64,000 nt of DNA from a virus. Of this stretch, positions 31,301 to 39,908 are shown piece by piece (position 1 is the stretch's first letter; each line of letters opens with the position of its first letter). Made by a program: the position numbers and the translations under genes. The notes beneath the pieces were generated by a model that worked only from the letters and a program-made list of their open reading frames with translations, did not search any database and was not told where the DNA came from. The stretch lies in the IMG/VR virus record IMGVR_UViG_3300029286_000012, one strand, 5' to 3'.

Positions 31301-31886
31301 ATCACATATGATGTTACGCACATTCTTACGTAATGACACAGTAGCTTTTCCGTGGTTAGCGGCAGCCGGTACTCGTCGTGGTAATATTGACAATGCATTA
31401 AACATTGGTTACTTGGATCGTACGACCGGTGAATTTGTAGCAATCAAGACACGCTTAGGTATTCGTGATGTATTGTATATCAATCAAATCAATCCATTAG
31501 TATTCTTTACTGGTGTCGGCTTGTTGAATTATGGTAACAAGAATAGCTTCAATTCACAAAGTGCATTAGACAGAACTAACGTTGCACGATTAGTTAACTA
31601 TATTCGCCGTCAACTAACATTGGCAGCTAGACCGTTCGTGTTCGAACCTAATGACACGTTAACACGTAATAGTATTGCTGGTGTTATTCAAACATTGATG
31701 GTTGATCTAGTTGCTAAACGCGGTATCTATGATTATCTCGTTCAGTGCGATGATAGTAATAATACACCGGCAAGAATAGATAGAAACGAATTATGGGTAG
31801 ACGTTGCGATTGAGCCAGTAAAAGCGGCTGAGTTCATCTACATACCGGTTCGTGTTCTAAACACAGGTGAAATATCAGGTGTATAA
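28305..31886 (+). CDS. Tail sheath protein (gp18-like)
   Basis: SPGVEV N-terminus; PWLAAAG.RRG, FVFEPND, CDDSNNT, PVKAAEFIYI. Confidence 0.95.
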   Translation: MALTSPGVEVTITDESQYLPAATGSVPLVLLATAQNKANASGTGVAVATTAANANKLYQVTSQRDLVNLYGTPFFYTTTNGTPIQGYELNEYGLLAAYSLLGVTNRCYVLRCDIDLASLVGQTGRPTGAPADGTYWLDSTTSTWGIYEFNATTGQFALQSPIVITDSTDLSGGVPLASIGAIGDYAVNAMQITTDSTDAERTYYYKTTDNVWVILGSSDWKNDTPAVTSTVSNPTISAGGTLVINMSGLFSATITISSGNTVSTIATAINNLGWTYLSAGVRSGKLCLFTSQRLSVSVGTSNAYLEISGTGSFSALGISAGTYYTPILTYGTSAQMPLWTSSQSQPRPTGSVWLKVGAAGNGLAPVISRYSTATASWIAKNVTLATSDWSVTAGLDATGGQAIPAGSIYGQYNYNNTGSTSPLYFWERVATGPTVITGSNTTPDFTAGPYYMDVYVSVPGSSSLSTAYQFTLADNTDATDFVTAWYAAGIPYTTATVTTEGSIQLTHTEGGEIVMDDTVDSSFVSTGVSNGLITEAGFIIGTTSGVKYGPTEFISLTGIAQTSTSGSGSAATFQVQALYGVYILNSSGVTAGGSGYAVGDTITIAGTVFGGATPANDLVVEVASISGGGGTGPVTAVTYVSGAPVAQYRTQLSNWVEFTYTANEGAPVTEPANNTNWFWSVVDQVDIMVQKGGAWIGYKNTNYDTTGAPASSGANTTDPNGPIISATAPTTQSDGTALVYGDLWLDTSDLELYPVISRWQAVNGEDMWVLINNTDQTSSTGVLFQDARWATNGNTSITDDPIPTIVSLLSSNYLDLDAPNPTLYPQGMLLFNTRRSGYNVKQYRSNYLTPANFPDEGSYPTETAAWVTVSGNTANGAPYMGRAAQRAMVVQALRSAIDTNTDIRDEDNYFNLMATPNYPELQPNMVVLNADRGETGYIIGDTPLGLSDSATDIQAWANNDAGATSTGETGLVTRNTYLGLFYPSGITNDLSGNEVVVPASHMMLRTFLRNDTVAFPWLAAAGTRRGNIDNALNIGYLDRTTGEFVAIKTRLGIRDVLYINQINPLVFFTGVGLLNYGNKNSFNSQSALDRTNVARLVNYIRRQLTLAARPFVFEPNDTLTRNSIAGVIQTLMVDLVAKRGIYDYLVQCDDSNNTPARIDRNELWVDVAIEPVKAAEFIYIPVRVLNTGEISGV

Positions 31887-31909
31887 ATGATGCCCGAAAG
31901 GGGTATCAT
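31887..31909 (+). other. Intergenic stem-loop without T tract
   Basis: ATGATGCCC-gaaag-GGGTATCAT between sheath and tube genes. Confidence 0.55.
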
Positions 31910-31943
31910 CTTAAAGATAAATAAAGATACAGGAGATTAAAAA

Positions 31944-32579
31944 ATGGCTATAGCCTCACAATCATTGTTCAACATGACCGTAGCGTCAGATAACGCAGGT
32001 GGAAACCAGGGCTTATTGATGCCTAAATTACAATATCGTTTCAGAGTTAACTTTCTGAATTTCGGTGTTGGCGCAACTGTTGAACTAACAAAACAGGTAA
32101 TGGATATTAATAGACCACAAATCAGTTTTGAAGAAATTACACTACCTATCTATAACTCAACGTTGTATTTGGCAGGTAGACATAGTTGGAATGAATTGAC
32201 AGTTAATTTAAGAGATGATGCTTCTGGTAGCGTTTCTAAATTAGTTGGTCAACAAGTTCAGAAACAATTAGATATGGTAGAACAAGCTTCAGCCGCAACC
32301 GGTCAAGATTACAAGTTCCAAACAGACATTGAAATCTTAGATGGTGGTAACGGTACTGCTGTTCCTCAAATATTAGAAACTTGGGAATGTTATGGTTGCT
32401 ATTTGAAAACAGCTAACTATGGTTCATTAAATTATGGTTCGAATGAAATTGCAACAATTGCATTGACAATTCGCTACGATAATGCAGTACAATCTCCATT
32501 GAGTTCTGGTGTTGGTACAAACATCGGTCGAGTACTCGGTGGTTCTATTGTTACTGGTATCGGTGCTGGTCAAGGTTAA
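31944..32579 (+). CDS. Tail tube protein (gp19-like)
   Basis: PKLQYRFRV, LAGRHSW, LTIRYD; follows sheath. Confidence 0.9.
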   Translation: MAIASQSLFNMTVASDNAGGNQGLLMPKLQYRFRVNFLNFGVGATVELTKQVMDINRPQISFEEITLPIYNSTLYLAGRHSWNELTVNLRDDASGSVSKLVGQQVQKQLDMVEQASAATGQDYKFQTDIEILDGGNGTAVPQILETWECYGCYLKTANYGSLNYGSNEIATIALTIRYDNAVQSPLSSGVGTNIGRVLGGSIVTGIGAGQG

Positions 32580-32603
32580 TTGACTATATTGAAATTTTAA
32601 CCC

Positions 32604-33815
32604 ATGTCGGGATTTTTTCAAAATCTACTTAAGGACGCTGCCGGAGGATTCTTCGGCAACGACTACCTTCGAGATTATACTCACGCCGCTAAGACTTTTA
32701 GACCAAATGCATATCAGTATGCACCTAAACTTAAATTCTTATTCCATGTATATTTTGAAATAAATCCTGCAGTTTATTCAATTGGACTTTCTACTGGAAC
32801 AAACTTTGGTTTGACAGTAAAAACAATTAAACTCCCTTCATATAGTTTTGATACACATACGATGAATCAATACAATCGTAAACGTATTGTACAAACGAAA
32901 ATTAAATATGATCCGATAGATATTGCGTTTCATGACGATAATGGAAATAGTATTCGTAATATGTGGTATAACTATTATACATATTATTACAAAGATGCTA
33001 CCAAGCCAATATCAACTACTGCTGGTCGTGTAGGTCCTCAATTACCTACAAATCAACCACTGAATTTGGCAGCAGATTATAATTCACGTAACTTATACAA
33101 TAATTCAATAGTTGGAGATGAAGACTGGGGATATATAGGTGATACATCATCCCCATCACAGACATTGAGCAATTCTTCACAGGGTACTAGTAAAATACCT
33201 TTCTTTAAAAACATACAAATATATGGTTTTAATCAACACAACTTTGTATTGTACACATTGATAAATCCTATACTTACAAGATTTAGCCACGATACATATG
33301 ATTATAGTTCAGGTAATGGTACGATGACTAATACAATGACTATTGATTATGAAACTGTACAATATGCTGAAGGTGCACTAGATGGTCGTACTCCTAGTAA
33401 CACTGTACCAGGATTTGGTCTAGATGCTAATTATGATAGAACATTGAGCCCTATATCACGTTTAGGTTCTAATCAAACTATATTAGGTCAAGGTGGTTTA
33501 GTAGATGCAGCCGGTGGATTTACACAAGCATTAAGTGATGGTAATTACTTACTAGGAGCTCAAATAGCCGGAACTGCATACAATACATTTAAAAATGCAA
33601 ATCTAAAACAAGTAGCTAAATCAGATATTGACAGAGAATTAACAAGAGCTACGCAACAAGCATTGCCCGGGACAGTTAGAAGAACTCAATACTATCCCGG
33701 ATTTAGTGTAACACCGGCAGGTGTTGCAAGCGCCGGTAGTCCTACTCCTAATGTATTAGCATTCCCGCAACGCATTGGCCCAGCTGGAGCCGGTATTCAA
33801 TCTGGTCAAGGTTAA
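32604..33815 (+). CDS. Tube-like baseplate/tube initiator protein (gp48/gp54-like)
   Basis: VKTIKLP, YDPIDIAFHDD, MTIDYE. Confidence 0.65.
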   Translation: MSGFFQNLLKDAAGGFFGNDYLRDYTHAAKTFRPNAYQYAPKLKFLFHVYFEINPAVYSIGLSTGTNFGLTVKTIKLPSYSFDTHTMNQYNRKRIVQTKIKYDPIDIAFHDDNGNSIRNMWYNYYTYYYKDATKPISTTAGRVGPQLPTNQPLNLAADYNSRNLYNNSIVGDEDWGYIGDTSSPSQTLSNSSQGTSKIPFFKNIQIYGFNQHNFVLYTLINPILTRFSHDTYDYSSGNGTMTNTMTIDYETVQYAEGALDGRTPSNTVPGFGLDANYDRTLSPISRLGSNQTILGQGGLVDAAGGFTQALSDGNYLLGAQIAGTAYNTFKNANLKQVAKSDIDRELTRATQQALPGTVRRTQYYPGFSVTPAGVASAGSPTPNVLAFPQRIGPAGAGIQSGQG

Positions 33816-33844
33816 ATGTATAAATACTTCTAGGAGATTTATAC

Positions 33845-34207
33845 ATGGCTAGAATACTTGACGCACGAACTCAACTTGATTCAACAGTAAGAATATTTGA
33901 CGACTTTTACGCATTTGACTTAGTAGTCAATGGTAATGAGTATGACATTGTGCATGGGTATTTTATATCAGTATGTGATACAAAACAAATAGCTAATAAT
34001 TTCACTGCACATTTGTTTAGAATATCTCAACAAACACAAGTACCTGTGTTAGATTTATTAAATTATATCAGAGGTTTGAATAACAAGTTAGAAATGAATA
34101 CTGTTATTACATACTATCTTAACAGTTTTAAAAGCAAAACAGCATTATATGGTATAGGAACAATACCTCAACCTAATCAGAATGTTGCTAGAAACGTAGT
34201 ATTATAA
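33845..34207 (+). CDS. Hypothetical protein
   Basis: Exact T4 late promoter TATAAATA at 33819-33826; AGGAG RBS. Confidence 0.7.
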   Translation: MARILDARTQLDSTVRIFDDFYAFDLVVNGNEYDIVHGYFISVCDTKQIANNFTAHLFRISQQTQVPVLDLLNYIRGLNNKLEMNTVITYYLNSFKSKTALYGIGTIPQPNQNVARNVVL

Positions 34208-34659
34208 TGGCTAAGTATGCACAGGGTATATATACTCCCAAGAACCCAACAAAATATGTAGGTAAACATACTCCTAGATATCGCAGTGGTTGGGAACTTA
34301 CATTTATGACCTTCTGTGATAGCAACAAGAGTGTATTGTACTGGGCTAGTGAATCATTTAGTGTTCCTTATCGTCATCCATTAACAGGCAAACCAACAAT
34401 ATATATACCTGACTTCTTTGTAGTTTATCAAAATAAGTATGGTAAACAGATAGCTGAAGTCGTAGAGATTAAACCAAAGAAACAAAGTCTTATTGAAAGT
34501 AAAGTTGCAAGTGCCAAAGATAGAATGGTTGTAGCAATCAATCACGCCAAATGGCAAGCCGCTATGGCTTTCTGTAAACAACAAGGATACACTTTCCGCG
34601 TAATTACGGAATCAGATTTGTTCCACAATGGAAACCCAAATTACAAAAATAAAAGATAA
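34207..34659 (+). CDS. Head completion nuclease (gp4-like, TnsA fold)
   Basis: KNPTKY.G, YRSGWE, WASE, YIPDF, EIKP, AKWQAA, FRVITE. Confidence 0.9.
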   Translation: MAKYAQGIYTPKNPTKYVGKHTPRYRSGWELTFMTFCDSNKSVLYWASESFSVPYRHPLTGKPTIYIPDFFVVYQNKYGKQIAEVVEIKPKKQSLIESKVASAKDRMVVAINHAKWQAAMAFCKQQGYTFRVITESDLFHNGNPNYKNKR

Positions 34660-34725
34660 ATAATAGTGAGGATCGCGGTACTGGAAATACCCACCCTCTC
34701 TAATGCTAACAAGGAGCAATCAGCA

Positions 34726-35424
34726 ATGATATTTATCAACAACAAATATACCTCGTGGTATAACTCCCTAATCAATAACGCCAAAAATAGAATAATTGAT
34801 GGCTACACAGAAAAACACCACATCATACCCAGTTCATTAGGCGGAAACAATGATGCTGACAACTTGGTAAAACTAACAGCCAGAGAACATTTTATATGTC
34901 ACCTGTTGTTGACTAAAATGACAACAGGAAACGACAAATATAAAATGAATTTTGCACTGCATATGTTATCAAATGCCAATAACATCGGTGAAGGTAGATA
35001 CACACCATGCAGTAGACTTTATGAATATGCAAGAAAGTGTTATAAAACTGCATTAGACAATTTTTGGACTGCTGAAAAAAGAAAAGAACATGCTGAAAAA
35101 ATAGGACCTAAAGTTAAAGGTACTAAACGATCAGAGGCGATGAAAGAAAAAATGCGTAATAGAAGTTGGACGGAAAAGGCATTAGAAAATAGGCTTAATA
35201 ATTGCTTGAAGGCTGCGGAAAATAGAAAAGGCTCTAACTGGTCTGATGAAAAAAGAGAACAGATGTTTGCGACATATCTTAACAAGAACAAACATTTGTT
35301 CCCTCAAGTGTTTGAGTTAGCTGATAGTGGTACAAATATTAAACAGATATCTATTAAATTACAAATTTCATGGGATAGAGTAAAATACATTTTGGACAAC
35401 AGAGACCGAATAAATAGCATATGA
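34726..35424 (+). mobile_element. Free-standing HNH homing endonuclease
   Basis: EKHHIIPSSLGG...NLVKLTAREHFICHLLL; AAGGAG RBS before ATG 34726. Confidence 0.85.
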
Positions 35425-35903
35425 CAAAAAAATTAGAAGAATTATTTGAGCTTCCTGAAAACAATGATAGAGGAATTACCATTGCTTTGCCTGAAACTAT
35501 GGAAGAAATCACAAAGGATACAGCAGAAGCATTAGATAAGATTGAGGCTGCACTTCCACAAGTAAGAGGATTAGAAGCAAGTGATACTGAGATGGATGAG
35601 CTTGCTAGATTAGCAACAGATAGTTATAAAGATTTAATGGATTTGGGTATGCAGGTTGATAGTCGTTTTGCCAGTGAAATCTTTAATAGTGCTAGTAGTT
35701 TCTTAGGACACGCCATAACATCAAAAACAGCTAAAATCAATAAGAAGCTTAAAATGCTTGATTTACAGCTTAAAAAAGCACAACTAGACCAAAAAACAGC
35801 AGGCAAGGAAGAAGAAATAAATGCTACCCCTTTAGGTGAGGGTAAGAGTTTAGACCGTAATGAACTGCTTAAGATGTTGGCAACTAAAACAACAGATAAA
35901 TGA
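35421..35903 (+). CDS. Putative terminase small subunit (gp16-like)
   Basis: Helical; C-terminal DRNELLK; position after gp4. Confidence 0.6.
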   Translation: MTKKLEELFELPENNDRGITIALPETMEEITKDTAEALDKIEAALPQVRGLEASDTEMDELARLATDSYKDLMDLGMQVDSRFASEIFNSASSFLGHAITSKTAKINKKLKMLDLQLKKAQLDQKTAGKEEEINATPLGEGKSLDRNELLKMLATKTTDK

Positions 35904-35928
35904 TAAATACAGAATACAGGAATAAGAA

Positions 35929-36558
35929 ATGAAAAGCCTCAAACATTATATAACAGAAAGTGTACATACTTACAATTACACTATCAAGATTGCTGGCGAT
36001 GTGGATAAGAATTTTATAGATTTGTTTAAGTACAATCTTAATAAATTTGATCCTATCAGAATTAGTGATCCAGTAAAGACTCCTATTCAAAAGGATCCAT
36101 ATGGATTTCCTAACTTGAGTAATCAGAGTGTTACTATTATTAAAGCAGATTTTCGCTATCCAGCGACAGAGCCAATGATTCAGCAAATTGCACAACTACT
36201 AGGTTATCAGGTTGATATGGTTAGAGTTATATCAAGTGACTTTGATGATAGTATCAATAGTGAGAATGCAGGATATGCTAATGAGATGAGTCACAACCCA
36301 TTACTATTACATCCTGAATTAGAAGAACAACCTGGTGCTAAAGAAGCAAGTAAAAATTACGGCGATTCATACTTAAAGAGTATCAAAGACCAATCTAAGG
36401 GTTCAAAGATTGATACCCCTTACGCAGGTGCAAAAACACCTGACGCATTCGATCCATTCAAGCCTTACTTGGATGACAAGCAAATGGGTGATAAGAGCCC
36501 AATGAGTACAATCAAACGTCCACCTAAGCCACAAACTGGCGCAAGTGCATCTAAATAA
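35929..36558 (+). CDS. Hypothetical late protein, putative head-associated
   Basis: MKSLKHYITE N-terminus, TAAATA upstream. Confidence 0.6.
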   Translation: MKSLKHYITESVHTYNYTIKIAGDVDKNFIDLFKYNLNKFDPIRISDPVKTPIQKDPYGFPNLSNQSVTIIKADFRYPATEPMIQQIAQLLGYQVDMVRVISSDFDDSINSENAGYANEMSHNPLLLHPELEEQPGAKEASKNYGDSYLKSIKDQSKGSKIDTPYAGAKTPDAFDPFKPYLDDKQMGDKSPMSTIKRPPKPQTGASASK

Positions 36559-36570
36559 AAGGAACATAAA

Positions 36571-39249
36571 ATGGATTTCAAAAGTTTAATATCACAACTT
36601 GACCAGTTGAACGAAGCAACAGAAAAAACAAAAACTGGACTAAAGCATACTGCTGAGCCAGGTGGTTATGGTCGCAAAGACGATGAAGATGAAGAAGGCA
36701 ATAAGATTAAAGACAAAACTGCCGAGAAAAAAGGCAAAGGTCGTCCAAAGAAAGCTACATCCACATCAGGTGAAGATAAGAAGTATGACTTCAGTGCGTT
36801 TGGCGTAACTAAAGGTAAAGACGTTAAGTTACCTAAGTATGACAAGAAAAAAACTAAGAAGCATAGCATCAAAGAATATCTTGACCAAATGTATGCACCA
36901 TTGAATGAAATGGGTATTACTGTTAAACCAATGCCTGGTGCAAGTCAAATCATCGGTGCAGATGGTAAGCCAATGGGTACTGCTGATGCGGCAACTGCTA
37001 ATATGATTAAGCAAGCATCTGAAAAAGGTACACTTAAGTTTGGTGGTGATGAAGAAATGAAAGAAGGCGACATTGGCAAGCATAACAATGCTACAACAGG
37101 TTTTGATGCACTAGTTCGTAAACTAACACCTAAGTATGGTGTAGAGGCAGCTAAACGCATTGCTGGTGCACAACTAAAGAAAATTCGTGAAGCTGATATG
37201 CCTCCCCGTGATGCATTGGCAAGTCCATTGACATTAGAAAGCCGTAATAAAGCTGATAACAAAGCTGAAAAAGCAGGTAAAAAAGTTACTAAAGACTTAG
37301 AATACGATATGGGTCACAAAGGTAAAGATGACAATAAAGCCGAACGTGCTGGCAAGAAAGTTACCAAAGACATTGAGTATGATGAGAAAAAGAAAACCAA
37401 TGAAGCTAAAAAACCAGATGCTAATAAGAATGGTATCCCTGACTATGCTGAAGATGGCAAGGGTAAAAACGATTTAAAGAAAAAGAAAGTGAAAGAAGAT
37501 ATGGGTTCAGAATCAAAGACTGATAAAAGTAAATTACCATCGATGGCACACATTAAGAAAATGTGCAAAGACGGAAAGTCTGTAGCAGAAATTTGTAAAA
37601 TGCATCCTAATTGCGATCAAAAAGAACTAAAACAAATGATAGCTGATTGCAAAAAGAAAATGGTTAAAGAAGGTATGGATCAAAAATTAAATGCCGCTCG
37701 TTCAGAAGGCAAAGCACACGGACTACGTGGTCACTCACATTGTGGCAAGAACTACGAAGACATGGAAGAAGCACGTTGCTACCATGAAGGCTACAAAGAA
37801 GGTCTAGATGAGTGCTACGGTCAAGTGCCAATTCAAGGTTATGTTGGTGAAACTACTCCGGTAATAAACACAATGGCAAGCTATGGTGCTGAAGAAGGTG
37901 AATTAGCCGAAGCAGACATTGAAGAAAGTCCATTCACATGGGCCGCTAAGAACACACCAAAAGGTGAGAAGTTCAAGCTTGGTGGAAAAGAGTTTGTAAA
38001 GAATGATGCATTCGCTTTTGAAGCACTAGACAAACAATTAAATGCATTGTTAGAAGATAAAGAAGTTACTGAAGGTATGACTGTATCTATTAGTAAAGGT
38101 CAACAAGGTAGTCCTGATTCAGTAAGTGTGTCAGCACAAGACAGTGAAGCAGACCAATTATTGAGCGTTATCAAATCAGCAGGTTTAGGCTTGTTTGGTG
38201 GAGATGATAGTTCTGGAATGTCACACGCAGAGCCAATGACAGTAGACAATAATGGTGAGCCAGCTGAAATTGGCGCCGGTGGTGATGCTATTGAAGTAGT
38301 GGGCGATCACGATGGTATGATGAATTTGATGAAGAAACTATCAGGCATTGGTGGTAGTCAATCACACGATGAAGAAACCTGCGAGTCTTGTGGTGGAATG
38401 ATGGAAGCAGGACATTCTTGTAGTAAAGATAAAGAAATGGTTGATGAAGTTGAATCAGAAGACCAAATGACTTATCAAATGGCTGAAGATAATCCTCCTG
38501 ATTCAGGTGCTGATAATACTGATGCTGATGTTGCAGGTCAAGTAGGTAGTGACAAAGCATTAGCAACAGCAGATGCGGCAGAAGATGAAGCACAAGCTAA
38601 AATCTATTCAAGCCCAACTAACGAAACTGAAGAATTAACTCCTGCTGAAAAAGATGACTTTGATAAAAAACATCCTGCAAATGTTCCTTTCCCGGGCTAC
38701 AAGGGTAAAGTTAAAGAAGCTGAAGATGAAACTGGTGAAGAAGCTGGTAAAGAAGAAGAAAAGAAAGAAATGTCAGAATCAAGTTTTGTTAATCTTTATA
38801 AGAAACTAGCAATGTTATCAGAAGAATCTACTAGTGAGAAAGATGACAAAGCAGAGAAAGCCGCTAAGAAAGTCGCTAAGGATATCGAATATGACGAAGG
38901 TCATAAAGGTAAAGATGACGACAAAGCTGAAAAAGCCGGCAAGAAAGTCAAAAAAGACATTGAGTATGATGACAAGAAAGATAAGAAAGAGAAGAAGTTA
39001 GACGAGTGGGCTAATGATGCAGGTCCAGGCAAATCTGTTTCAGATACTACGTTTGAAACTGATATCGATTTTATGATGAACGTTATCAGTGGTGGTTTGA
39101 ACAAGCGTAAGCAAACTGGTCAAACAACTATCCCTGTCATTGCAAGCCAGTTAGGTAGACAAATGTCACGTAATACAACTGATATCAACGAATCCGTTGA
39201 TTCTAGTAATGCGGTTGCTCAATGGAAGAAATTAGCTGGACTTAAGTAA
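36571..39249 (+). CDS. Highly charged repeat protein, putative prohead core/internal polyprotein
   Basis: E/K/D-rich; four KAE(K/R)A(G/A)KKV.KD(I/L)EYD repeats; many (L/V/I/M)-x-E sites. Confidence 0.6.
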   Translation: MDFKSLISQLDQLNEATEKTKTGLKHTAEPGGYGRKDDEDEEGNKIKDKTAEKKGKGRPKKATSTSGEDKKYDFSAFGVTKGKDVKLPKYDKKKTKKHSIKEYLDQMYAPLNEMGITVKPMPGASQIIGADGKPMGTADAATANMIKQASEKGTLKFGGDEEMKEGDIGKHNNATTGFDALVRKLTPKYGVEAAKRIAGAQLKKIREADMPPRDALASPLTLESRNKADNKAEKAGKKVTKDLEYDMGHKGKDDNKAERAGKKVTKDIEYDEKKKTNEAKKPDANKNGIPDYAEDGKGKNDLKKKKVKEDMGSESKTDKSKLPSMAHIKKMCKDGKSVAEICKMHPNCDQKELKQMIADCKKKMVKEGMDQKLNAARSEGKAHGLRGHSHCGKNYEDMEEARCYHEGYKEGLDECYGQVPIQGYVGETTPVINTMASYGAEEGELAEADIEESPFTWAAKNTPKGEKFKLGGKEFVKNDAFAFEALDKQLNALLEDKEVTEGMTVSISKGQQGSPDSVSVSAQDSEADQLLSVIKSAGLGLFGGDDSSGMSHAEPMTVDNNGEPAEIGAGGDAIEVVGDHDGMMNLMKKLSGIGGSQSHDEETCESCGGMMEAGHSCSKDKEMVDEVESEDQMTYQMAEDNPPDSGADNTDADVAGQVGSDKALATADAAEDEAQAKIYSSPTNETEELTPAEKDDFDKKHPANVPFPGYKGKVKEAEDETGEEAGKEEEKKEMSESSFVNLYKKLAMLSEESTSEKDDKAEKAAKKVAKDIEYDEGHKGKDDDKAEKAGKKVKKDIEYDDKKDKKEKKLDEWANDAGPGKSVSDTTFETDIDFMMNVISGGLNKRKQTGQTTIPVIASQLGRQMSRNTTDINESVDSSNAVAQWKKLAGLK

Positions 39250-39261
39250 TTAGTTCTGCAC

Positions 39262-39293
39262 AAAAATACCCGGCACTAGTCGGGTATTTTTTT
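39262..39293 (+). terminator. Intrinsic terminator
   Basis: AAAAATACCCGGC-acta-GTCGGGTATTTTTTT. Confidence 0.85.
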
Positions 39294-39329
39294 GGGTATG
39301 TGTTTATATTAAAACGATAAATACTCTAT

Positions 39330-39908
39330 ATGACTACTATATTTGACTATTATGTGTATGCTTACCTTCGTGAAGATGGCACTCCTTATTATATTGGTAA
39401 GGGAAAAAATAAACGTGCCTGGACTAAAGGTAAAGGAGAAGTTTATCCTCCTAAAGATAAATCTAAAATAATTATAATAGAAAAGTATCTTTCTAATATA
39501 GGGTCTTTAGCCATAGAGCGTAGGTTGATTAGATGGTACGGAAGAAAAGACAATAATACTGGAATACTTAGAAATAAAACTGACGGCGGTGACGGAGCAG
39601 GCGGAGTAAAACAATCATTAGAAGTTGTAACAAAAAGAGTAAATTCTAGTAGAGGCAAAGCTATGGGAATGACTGGTAAAAAACATAAACCAGAATCTAG
39701 TGAAAAAATAAGAATATCTATGTTAGGTAAAAACACAGGCCCACATACAGCAGAACATCGTATTGCTAGTGGTCTACCTAAAAGAGGGATGAAATATAAA
39801 TCACAATATATATTATCGTGTCCCTATTGTGATAAATCAGGTGGAAGTTCTAATATGAAAAGATATCATATGGATAATTGTAAATTGAAAGATAAGGTGA
39901 TAGGATGA
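39330..39908 (+). mobile_element. Free-standing GIY-YIG homing endonuclease
   Basis: YVYAY...YYIGKG...[16 protein letters not shown]3-like GKKH, C-terminal CPYC...HMDNC. Confidence 0.85.
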
